Of a stretch of DNA of 64,000 bases, positions 30,449 to 38,846 are shown one piece after another. A program made the translations under genes and the position numbers. Position 1 is the stretch's first letter. Each line of letters opens with the position of its first letter. Under the pieces are notes generated by a model, which saw only the letters and a program-made list of their open reading frames with translations, did not search any database and had not been told where the DNA came from. Source of the stretch: Candidatus Kapaibacterium sp. (GTDB taxonomy: Bacteria > Bacteroidota > Ignavibacteria > Kapaibacteriales > UBA2268). The stretch covers positions 1,792,001-1,856,000 of the forward strand of contig OY762428.1 in the NCBI GenBank assembly GCA_963665665.1, in the 5' to 3' direction.

Positions 30449-30880
30449 ATGAATGGAAACTTTTATTATTATATTTTTTATCGATATTTAACAGGTTGGC
30501 TTATAAGAAAAAAAGTCGTTGGATATAATGAAATTAATTCAGGGCTTTTCTCTACTGTATTAAAAATATATATGCTCCAAGGTTTTATTTTATCAATAAT
30601 TATTTTTTCTTTAATTCTTATAGGCATTGATTTAACATTTTATATTAAGAAACTTGGTGAAACTTTATGGTTGGCTATTGTTATGCCAATCTATTTTTTG
30701 CAATACTTTTTTTTCAATTATAATCGTAGAGCTGAAAAGATTTATCATTTTTACAAAAACAAGTTAAATGAATCCGAAGAAAGAGAATGGGGTATACAGT
30801 TGATTTTTAATATTTTATTACTTATTACTTTTGTATTCTCAATGACTCTTTTCTTTATTGCAAATGCACTTTATACATGA
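30449..30880 (+). CDS. Hypothetical AT-rich membrane protein
   Basis: Three hydrophobic segments and a very AT-rich sequence; no motif recognised. Confidence 0.6.
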   Translation: MNGNFYYYIFYRYLTGWLIRKKVVGYNEINSGLFSTVLKIYMLQGFILSIIIFSLILIGIDLTFYIKKLGETLWLAIVMPIYFLQYFFFNYNRRAEKIYHFYKNKLNESEEREWGIQLIFNILLLITFVFSMTLFFIANALYT

Positions 30881-30976
30881 CTAATATTTTTATTGGAAGA
30901 AATTTAATTTCATTTTACATAAGATAGATTATACTGCAAAATCCGGGAGGTTTTCGGCTATTTACTTCTTTTTTTT

Positions 30977-31240
30977 CTAAGATATTAGGTTCAAAATATC
31001 TTTTTTCAATTCTTCAGGGTTTTCCTGTACAAATACCGGAATTTTATATTTGGCAAGCAGTTCCATAAACTCAATTCTTGTAATTCCCAAAACCCGGGCC
31101 GCCGTCCCGGAAGAAACCCGGCCAGATTCAAAAAGTTTAACCAATGAGTTTATCTTTATTTCCATTTCAAACTCTTCGCTATTCAATTGCAAAGAGTCTG
31201 CAAGAAATTTCGGATATTTTATATTTATCATTCCTTCCAT
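30977..31240 (-). CDS. UPF0175 family putative antitoxin
   Basis: 'LVKLFESGRVSSGTAARVLGITRIEFMELLAKYKIP' is typical of UPF0175. Confidence 0.8.
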   Translation of the reverse strand: MEGMINIKYPKFLADSLQLNSEEFEMEIKINSLVKLFESGRVSSGTAARVLGITRIEFMELLAKYKIPVFVQENPEELKKDILNLIS

Positions 31241-31337
31241 ATTAATCTCATTTTTTAATATCATCTCTAAATATTATGATACAAAATATTTAGATTTATT
31301 GCAATAACTGATTTTATTCATTAATTTATAAATCAAT

Positions 31338-31680
31338 CAGTTCTTTGGTATTTCACGTTAACCTTCGGAAGGTTTGTGTTTTATATCGCCCTTATTATCA
31401 ACGGCATGTTTATAAAAACAGCTCCGTAGGAGTGACACCAAACATTTTCTATGTCGCTCCTACGGGGCTTATACATATCATTGGGTAATAAACACTACAA
31501 AAATGCCGCAGCTACGCTGCTGTTGGGAACAATTATAAAAATTTGAAATGATAATAAATATGTTTAATTTAGGGTAAGAAATCAGCTCTTTTTGAATTAT
31601 ATTCTTAGCTCCGTAGGAGCGGAATTTTTGTAGAAAAAGGTCACTAGAATACAAATATGAAAAATTCCACTCCTACGGAG
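31338..31680. repeat. Second cluster of C-GTA-G hairpin repeats (empty element plus inverted doublet)
   Basis: 31421-31640 is a close copy of 29545-29764; hairpins at 31421, 31456, 31508, 31608 and 31670. Confidence 0.85.
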
Positions 31681-31738
31681 ATGAGGAAAGATCTCAAAAA
31701 CAATTAAGGTATTGGATATCTGAAGAAAATGTAAGAAA

Positions 31739-31769
31739 CTCATCGGATGACAGGCAGTCATCCGATGAG
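31739..31769. repeat. Perfect 13-bp inverted repeat with self-palindromic arms
   Basis: CTCATCGGATGAC-AGGCA-GTCATCCGATGAG; a related copy lies at 50038-50070. Confidence 0.7.
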
Positions 31770-31797
31770 CAGATATTTGGTCAATCGTAAATAAATT

Positions 31798-32472
31798 TCA
31801 GCGATAATACAGGTTGTCGTATGCTTTTTCTTTGTCCAAATGTATTGGCATTTTTAGTTTCGCCAGGTCAATTCCCGGGCTCAACCCCTGCGGAAATCGG
31901 CAATACATATTAACAATATCCCATTCTATTCCGGTATAATAATCGTCGTGGCTCATATCATAGCGGTTCAGCATTGATTCCGAACTTGACGCCCCTATCC
32001 CAGTTATCAACCATACCGGGGCCGAAAAAACTAATACAAATCCATGGCTGATAGTGCCAATTGTCCCAAGGATACTCCAGGCAGAAACGCCCCCGACATT
32101 ATTATCAGTTGTCTGAATATCTATCCTGAGAGTTTTTGTTTTAACAATACATTTCACTCCGTGATCCATTGTTAACAGATAGAAGTTTAGTGAATCTGTT
32201 GCTATAAGCTCCCCTCCGATAGTAATTGTACTGTCGTAGAGGTCAGAAACACCATCGAATATTATATCAAGATCCTCGTATATGATGTTATCATAGTCAC
32301 GGCAGTGATAATAAATACTGTCAAAAGCAAAAGTGACAGTTGCCCAGGCTCCGTTTGCGTGCTGTACGAATTCCTGCTCTTTTTTCAGCCATCCGTCGGG
32401 TGCTTTATTGGAAGCACAGGATGAAGCAAAAATTACAATAGCGAGGAAGAATAATAAATTACGGGTTAACAT
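31798..32472 (-). CDS. Hypothetical lipoprotein
   Basis: Lipobox 'FASSC' after MLTRNLLFFLAIVI; translationally coupled to the upstream gene. Confidence 0.7.
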   Translation of the reverse strand: MLTRNLLFFLAIVIFASSCASNKAPDGWLKKEQEFVQHANGAWATVTFAFDSIYYHCRDYDNIIYEDLDIIFDGVSDLYDSTITIGGELIATDSLNFYLLTMDHGVKCIVKTKTLRIDIQTTDNNVGGVSAWSILGTIGTISHGFVLVFSAPVWLITGIGASSSESMLNRYDMSHDDYYTGIEWDIVNMYCRFPQGLSPGIDLAKLKMPIHLDKEKAYDNLYYR

Positions 32473-34051
32473 AGCGGCTCTCCCAAAACATTTTTTCCAT
32501 TTCATTTTCATATTTCTTGAATTCCGGGGCCTCAGCTTTCAGAAACTCCCCGGGATTCATGAACATCATTCCGGCTTTCATCAGGTTTTCTCCGGCAATC
32601 CATTCTTTGCGCATCCATTCTAAGTAATATCCACTGTTTTCCAGAAAGTACTCGTAATTATTAAAGTCTTCCGGCAGTTCATAGATAAGTTTACGGCTTT
32701 CGCCCGGCAGGTTCATCAGGTAATCGTCACTGTTGTTAAGGGCTTTCAGGTTTTTATCATCTATCAGCCCGTCAGTCAGAATAAGTTCGGGAAATATTTC
32801 GACGGTTTCGGTTTCCCCTGTAATCTCGGCAAAGGCAAGATAATCTATTCTCCAAAGCCCTTTTGTCATTTTCAGCCTGATTTTTATATTTTCATTCTCA
32901 CTGCTTTGGAGCTGTGTTATTTTTATATCCCTGCAAATAGGCCCTATCTCTCCGGTTTCCCCGATCTTTTTATATTCCCCGTTAATTTCCTGGAATACTT
33001 CAATTTTTCCCAATAATTTGTCAATTTCAGAAATTCCGTCCCCGAAATTTCCTTTCGAACGCTCGTACATTGCTATTGCATCAGTTGCCCTGCTGCCGAG
33101 GTAAGTCAGCCCCTGATAGAATAGGTAAGTTGTTAGTAATGTTTGCCTGGATGCAAGTATCAAACCCGGATTATTGAAGTTGTTTCTGATATTTAATTCC
33201 ACAATTTCTTTTTTACCAAGATCTGTTGAATCTGCGGGGCTAAACCATTCATCAGAATCGCATTTTGATATTTTCGGTAAAATATCACCTTCTTCCGAAA
33301 AGGCATTTTCCGGGTAAGAGAAATTTATTGCAGACAAAAACCTGCCGTTTCCGTCATCATAAACACGGCCGTTTTTCGGTTTCTTAGCTGCTATCATTTT
33401 ATTTGACCTGATAAAATGACTTTCGATAGCTTCATTACTTACTTCAAGTTCGGCGAACCTGCCGCGGGGCTTGAACGAATAGAGCGCATCAATATCGCTG
33501 TATTCCATTGAAGGGGTTATTGCCCTGGAAAAAGCTTCGCACTCCATTCTCATGGTGTCGCCGTCGAAAGCATAAAAAGTCGGACAACAGCCAAAGCATG
33601 CTTTGGGATTTGCCAGGCAGGCTATTGTAACAACAACTGATATTCCTGTAATAACTGCAAGCCCGGCATAATTTTTATTACTCGTAATTTTGTTTGTTTC
33701 TATCAGAACTACATCGTTTTTACATCTTCTGAATTCTCCTGATTCAACCGTATCCCTGTTTGCATCAAGTATTACTCCCTGGCCAAAGAAGGAAGAGTCG
33801 CTGAAAGCGTAATCCCATTCATCAAAAACAATGGCATTGCCGTCCTTTAGATGAAGCTTCATGAATGCATCTTCGGGAGCCGGAAGATATGTACTCAATG
33901 AGTATGTTTTGGGATTTATCAATTCCCGTTCAAGTGTCTGCCTGGAGCAAGATATACCTAAAATGATAACACTTATAATCAAAATTCTGCATAAAAATCT
34001 ATTCAGAAATTTCCTCTTTGCGGGAATTTTGGGGTCAGGCTGCCTTTCCAT
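32459..34051 (-). CDS. Conserved hypothetical lipoprotein with a 'KACFGxCPTFY' motif
   Basis: Lipobox 'LGISC'; an internal hydrophobic helix followed by CLANPKACFGCCPTFY. Confidence 0.75.
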   Translation of the reverse strand: MERQPDPKIPAKRKFLNRFLCRILIISVIILGISCSRQTLERELINPKTYSLSTYLPAPEDAFMKLHLKDGNAIVFDEWDYAFSDSSFFGQGVILDANRDTVESGEFRRCKNDVVLIETNKITSNKNYAGLAVITGISVVVTIACLANPKACFGCCPTFYAFDGDTMRMECEAFSRAITPSMEYSDIDALYSFKPRGRFAELEVSNEAIESHFIRSNKMIAAKKPKNGRVYDDGNGRFLSAINFSYPENAFSEEGDILPKISKCDSDEWFSPADSTDLGKKEIVELNIRNNFNNPGLILASRQTLLTTYLFYQGLTYLGSRATDAIAMYERSKGNFGDGISEIDKLLGKIEVFQEINGEYKKIGETGEIGPICRDIKITQLQSSENENIKIRLKMTKGLWRIDYLAFAEITGETETVEIFPELILTDGLIDDKNLKALNNSDDYLMNLPGESRKLIYELPEDFNNYEYFLENSGYYLEWMRKEWIAGENLMKAGMMFMNPGEFLKAEAPEFKKYENEMEKMFWESRYVNP

Positions 34052-34110
34052 AATAGACTCCGATTATTTGTATGATAATAAAATATAAATAAATGCTTTG
34101 TTATTTCAAA

Positions 34111-34509
34111 CTAAAAGTTAATACCACTCTCATTTTTGAATTTGTCAAACCTGATTGTAACAGTTTTACCCAATGCGTTATGTTCAATATCAACAATCTT
34201 ACAATTGCTGAAAATATATGTATCAATTGTACCATCATCAGAAATGTTCTCGATTTTAAATTCATCAATAAGTTTACTCTTTTCTGATTCAAAGGTTGAC
34301 TTCTCATCTTCCTCTATTGTAAAACTGTATAGCCCGGAACCTCTTTGGGGTTCACGAAATTCACCACTGTATTTAATTGCTAAGCTGTAGCGTCCCCAGG
34401 ACATTGTCCCGTTTAACGAAGCAAGTTTTTCCCCGATATTCAGATTGTCAAGGGAACATGCGGTCAAACCGATTAATATGATAACCGTGATTATTGCAAA
34501 GTATTTCAT
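34111..34509 (-). CDS. Hypothetical lipoprotein
   Basis: MKYFAIITVIILIGLTAC lipobox; GGAG RBS. Confidence 0.7.
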   Translation of the reverse strand: MKYFAIITVIILIGLTACSLDNLNIGEKLASLNGTMSWGRYSLAIKYSGEFREPQRGSGLYSFTIEEDEKSTFESEKSKLIDEFKIENISDDGTIDTYIFSNCKIVDIEHNALGKTVTIRFDKFKNESGINF

Positions 34510-34746
34510 GATATTCTCCGATTTCTATGTTGAAAAACTATTTCAAAATCAATTCGAAGGAAAAATACCGAACATAACAATCTGATTTGTCACACGGGAA
34601 TAGAAATAATGTCAAAAAAATGTCAGGATAATTAATTGATAAAAGGTTTTATGGCAATTTTTTAATAACTGGCTTTGTTTTAATATTAATATTTACTAAA
34701 ATGTGATAAAGTAAAAGAAGTAAATTATTTGAAGAAAAATCCGGCA

Positions 34747-35502
34747 ATGAGAATTGTTAGCCACGAGAAATTTAATGATAGTAATTATGCCAGGGATAAT
34801 GCATCACTTCCTGGTAGAATGGAGGCCATTCATAAAGAGCTTAAAAGAAAATATCACTATATCGATGCTGTTCCGGTTGATGAAGCTTACTTGCTTTCGG
34901 GGCACAGCAGCCAATACATTGATACTGTAAAACAAGATAGCGAATTATATAATATGGCTCTTCTTGCTGCCGGCGGAGCCAGAATAGCAGCCGAAACCGG
35001 CGCACTTGGCGAACCTGCCTTCGCTGCAATCCGGCCTCCGGGCCATCATGCCTACAGGGAACAGGGATGGGGATTTTGCCATTTTTCCAATATGGCTCTT
35101 TCCCTGCTGCACCTGAAAAACAAAGGCTTCATCAAATCCGCTTTCCTGCTGGATTTCGATGCCCACACCGGGGACGGTACAATTGATGTTTTAAAGAACG
35201 AGAAAGATATTTTCATACTGAATCCGATGGCTGAAAAAAATGATATTTATAAAAAAGTAATCGAGGACTATATAAAAGAGCTGCCCTTTGTGGATATTAT
35301 TGCAGTATGTGCCGGATTTGATTCCTACAAACTTGATCTCGGCAGGAAACTGGAAACATTCGATTTTTATTATATTGGAAAAACATTATCATTATTCTCT
35401 AAAAAGCTGAGCCATAATAAGCGCTATGCTGTCCTGGAAGGAGGCTATTACCTTCCGGACCTCGGTAAAAATGTCCTGGCTTTTTGCGAAGGGTTTGAAT
35501 AG
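34747..35502 (+). CDS. Zn-dependent histone-deacetylase-family protein
   Basis: 'RPPGHHA', 'GFCHFSN', 'DFDAHTGDGT', 'AGFD', 'VLEGGY'. Confidence 0.92.
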   Translation: MRIVSHEKFNDSNYARDNASLPGRMEAIHKELKRKYHYIDAVPVDEAYLLSGHSSQYIDTVKQDSELYNMALLAAGGARIAAETGALGEPAFAAIRPPGHHAYREQGWGFCHFSNMALSLLHLKNKGFIKSAFLLDFDAHTGDGTIDVLKNEKDIFILNPMAEKNDIYKKVIEDYIKELPFVDIIAVCAGFDSYKLDLGRKLETFDFYYIGKTLSLFSKKLSHNKRYAVLEGGYYLPDLGKNVLAFCEGFE

Positions 35503-35511
35503 GAGATATTT

Positions 35512-35829
35512 ATGAGCGAAGAAGTAAAAATTGACTTTATTGAAAGAAATCAGCAGCATTCGGATTATGACTGGGCAAATATAACTGTTGCCGATGACCG
35601 GGTTGGCAAAGCCCGATGCCTGATTGAAAAAAAACGTTTGATAATTTATTCTATCAATATTTACCCGGAATACTCGGGTAAGGGCTACGGAAGAATATTC
35701 GTGGAGCAGGCTGCTGAAAAATGGGATGAAATTGTGGCAGACAGAGTCCGCGCTACTGCAATTGGATTCTGGGAGAAACTCGGTTTCGTGAACAACCATG
35801 ATGGCAACTGGATTTTCAGAAAGAAATAA
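35512..35829 (+). CDS. Small GNAT family N-acetyltransferase
   Basis: Acetyl-CoA motif 'IYPEYSGKGYG' and 'AIGFWEKLGF'; AGGAGA RBS. Confidence 0.85.
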   Translation: MSEEVKIDFIERNQQHSDYDWANITVADDRVGKARCLIEKKRLIIYSINIYPEYSGKGYGRIFVEQAAEKWDEIVADRVRATAIGFWEKLGFVNNHDGNWIFRKK

Positions 35830-35839
35830 AAATTACTTT

Positions 35840-36334
35840 CTACTTAACTTCAATAAATTCTTTCATCTTTTCGAATTTTTTCGGGCCGATTCCTTTTACA
35901 TTCATGATGTCTTCTACTTTGCGGAAAGGAGTCTTTTTCCGATAATTAATTATTTTCACGGCTGTTTTTTCGCCAATGCCATTCAGCTTTATCAGTTTAG
36001 CCTTGCTGGCACTGTTCAGGTCAATCTTTCCCATAATGGTGGATTTGGGTTCTTTCCCGGGTTTTGCCTTCGGAGAATTTATATTTATACTATCAGTTTT
36101 CACTTCCCTGTTTATACTTCCGTCAGGGTTTGTTCCTGTGTATGTTTTTCTCCGGGCTTCCGCCAGGCTGTCAAGGATATTAATTGTTTCTTCAACACCA
36201 GGATTACTTTGCTCCGGCGGATTGTATATAAGGCCGGCAGTCAGGCCACTTGCAATTATCAGCACAATTACAAGTTCCTGCCTGCTTACTCCAAGCAAGC
36301 CCTGCAAGCGTGAAAAATAGTCCTTTTTATTCAT
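35840..36334 (-). CDS. comEA: ComEA-family helix-hairpin-helix DNA-binding protein
   Basis: TM anchor followed by 'IDLNSAS..KL.KLNGIGEKTA.KII.YR..F...DIMNVKGIGPKKFEK'. Confidence 0.85.
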   Translation of the reverse strand: MNKKDYFSRLQGLLGVSRQELVIVLIIASGLTAGLIYNPPEQSNPGVEETINILDSLAEARRKTYTGTNPDGSINREVKTDSININSPKAKPGKEPKSTIMGKIDLNSASKAKLIKLNGIGEKTAVKIINYRKKTPFRKVEDIMNVKGIGPKKFEKMKEFIEVK

Positions 36335-36509
36335 GAGAACTCCCTGTTGGAAAGTCCCCAACCCGAAAAAACAGCAATATGTTACGAAATTATTTCATAA
36401 ATATCAAGATAAAACTTTTGAAATATAAATTTAATTGGCTAAATTTTTGCAACGTTACTTTTTTATGCTATTCTCGTTATTTTATATGAGAACTTAAATA
36501 AGGAATGAT

Positions 36510-37490
36510 ATGAAAAGGTTTGTATATATTTTAATAATTTTATTGGCATTCGGGGATTTGTTCGGTCAGAACGTCCCGGTTCTGTATTCCGGGATAGATA
36601 ATGGCGATAGCAATATTCGTCTTTTTATTGAGGGTAGCGGAAATCCTCCCTATTTCGGGCTTTATTATATAAACGGGGAAAAAACTAATGAAGATGATTT
36701 TGAACAGATCGCTCTTATCCCGAATACCGCTAACGGCAATGCTGTTTCGGTAATAGTTACAGGAACCGGAACGAAATCCTCGTTTTACGTTCGGGAAATT
36801 GATACATCCGGAGCAGGGCCTGCAAGTAATATCCTGCTTGTAGAATTAGCCGGTGGTAATGGTGATTCTGAATATAATCCCACTGTTTATACCAGTATTC
36901 GCGAAGATTACAGCACTTCGGGACTGACACTATATCACAAAGAATATGATGAACAATGCAAAGCAGAATTTAAAATATCCGACATAGATCAATATGAAAG
37001 GGTTAATATATTTTATCTTCGGGGATTTGATACCATACCTAAATTTTTGGGATACCTGTATTATCAGAATGAAGAATATGATTTTGAATTAAGCTGGCTA
37101 ACCCACGGAGACCGGGTAATTGTATCAAAAGATATTGATATTACCGGCTCTTCACAGATTAGTAACGAGGCATTCGTTTCAATGCCCGGCTGCAATTTCG
37201 ACCATTCCGATCCCGGATTTTATGTTAATGTTGCTAACTCCAGGGAGGAACTAAATAAAATATCACTGGAAATGACAATATACCCTAACCCCTGTGATGA
37301 AATAATCAATATTCCATTTAACCTGTCTGATGCCGAAAGTATAGAAATAATTGATTCAAAAGCTATTACAGTATTAAAGTCAAATCCCGTTTCAAGCCTT
37401 AAAACCTCTGAATTAGCCGGCGGATTATACATTCTTAGAATAAATTATAAAAACAGCGAAACAAAATTCCACAGATTTATAAAACTCTAA
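36510..37490 (+). CDS. Secreted protein with T9SS CTD
   Basis: Signal peptide; 'IYPNP...LAGGLYILRI...RFIKL'. Confidence 0.8.
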   Translation: MKRFVYILIILLAFGDLFGQNVPVLYSGIDNGDSNIRLFIEGSGNPPYFGLYYINGEKTNEDDFEQIALIPNTANGNAVSVIVTGTGTKSSFYVREIDTSGAGPASNILLVELAGGNGDSEYNPTVYTSIREDYSTSGLTLYHKEYDEQCKAEFKISDIDQYERVNIFYLRGFDTIPKFLGYLYYQNEEYDFELSWLTHGDRVIVSKDIDITGSSQISNEAFVSMPGCNFDHSDPGFYVNVANSREELNKISLEMTIYPNPCDEIINIPFNLSDAESIEIIDSKAITVLKSNPVSSLKTSELAGGLYILRINYKNSETKFHRFIKL

Positions 37491-37533
37491 TTTCTTCCGG
37501 TATCCTACCCGGCTTCCGGCAGAAAAACATTCT

Positions 37534-38613
37534 CTATGATTTTTCCTTCTTAAGCTTTGGTATTTTCTTTGGCGGCGCAGGTGCTGATTCCATCAGCCTG
37601 GCTACGAAACTGAAGTCCGCACTTAATTCAAGGATCAGTTTAAGCAGTACAAGCAATGGTACCGACAGCATCATTCCCGGAATACCCCATATATAACCCC
37701 AAAAAACGAGTCCGAAAATCACGGTTAGAGTGTTTAATTTCAATCCGGACCCCATAATTATCGGTTCGATAAAATTCCCCATTAACATTTGTATAAGAAC
37801 GAGCAGGATGAGCAGAAATAATATTGTATCAGGCGAATCGAACTGGACTATTCCCATCAGGACAGGAGGGATAACCGATATTGTTGATCCTATTGTGGGA
37901 ATGTAGTTCAATAAAAAAGTAAGGAAAGCCCAGAAAAACGGAAACTTCACACCGAAAATAGAACAGACCACAAAAACAAGGAACCCGGTAATAATACTGA
38001 TAAGTGTTTTTATTCCTAAGTATTTAACTATTGATTTCTGTATCTTTTGGAAGTTATCGATAAGTTTTTCTGCATAATCATTGCCACCAACATGCTGTAA
38101 ATAGCGGTCATAATTCATCATTCCGGAGAGAAGAACGATATAATATAGGGCGAACATGGCAAAAGATGTTGTAAATGATCCAAGTGATGAAGCCAGGCCG
38201 CCGGCAAAAGAGGATAAATTTTCGAAATTAATATATTCGTTAACTTTATCAAGATTTATCCTGGAATTGAAATGCTTTGCTCCTATCTCATTTGCCCAGC
38301 TAACCACAGAGCTTACGCGGTCGTTGAGCTTGCCATATATAAAATCCTGTTGGACTGCTATTTCCTCGCTGGTTTCAATTACTACCTGGGAAATTCCAAA
38401 AAGAACAAGAAGGGTAACTACAACCACTACCGGCAAAACAAGCCAGGCCGGCAATTTTTTATCTTTGAAGAATTTTATGAACGGATAAAAGAAACTGGCA
38501 AGCAGAAAGGCAAGTACCAGGGGAATTAAGATTGATTTCAGTACGGACATCAGGTAAAATACTAATGCCATGAGAAAAATTACAAGTATATTCTTAATAG
38601 TTTTATCGTTCAT
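37534..38613 (-). CDS. AI-2E family transporter
   Basis: 'YLGIKTLIS', 'LLNYIPTIG', 'GNFIEPIIMG..L', 'WGYIWGIPGM.LSVPL'. Confidence 0.92.
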   Translation of the reverse strand: MNDKTIKNILVIFLMALVFYLMSVLKSILIPLVLAFLLASFFYPFIKFFKDKKLPAWLVLPVVVVVTLLVLFGISQVVIETSEEIAVQQDFIYGKLNDRVSSVVSWANEIGAKHFNSRINLDKVNEYINFENLSSFAGGLASSLGSFTTSFAMFALYYIVLLSGMMNYDRYLQHVGGNDYAEKLIDNFQKIQKSIVKYLGIKTLISIITGFLVFVVCSIFGVKFPFFWAFLTFLLNYIPTIGSTISVIPPVLMGIVQFDSPDTILFLLILLVLIQMLMGNFIEPIIMGSGLKLNTLTVIFGLVFWGYIWGIPGMMLSVPLLVLLKLILELSADFSFVARLMESAPAPPKKIPKLKKEKS

Positions 38614-38791
38614 TGATGGCCCCGTTCAGGAATAATATATTTTTTTACAGCTTTGCTAATCTAAGGCTGAAACCAACAATAAGCAAGAAAAATTTTAAAT
38701 GAAGGCCTTGGTTTTTATAAATCGGTTAACCACGGCCGAATTGAAATAGAAGCTCTCCTTTATTGATACTCAAGTTCTAACAGAAAAACTA

Positions 38792-38825
38792 CAAAAGCCG
38801 GCATTACAATCAACACCGGCTTTTG
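38792..38825 (-). terminator. Intrinsic terminator
   Basis: CAAAAGCCGG...CCGGCTTTTG stem after the M28 gene. Confidence 0.6.
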
Positions 38826-38846
38826 CATTTGTAAATTCATCAAAAA

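Noticed and set aside
29468-31680. CRISPR array
   Set aside because: The repeats occur in both orientations, the spacers are themselves repeated rather than unique, and there are no cas genes.
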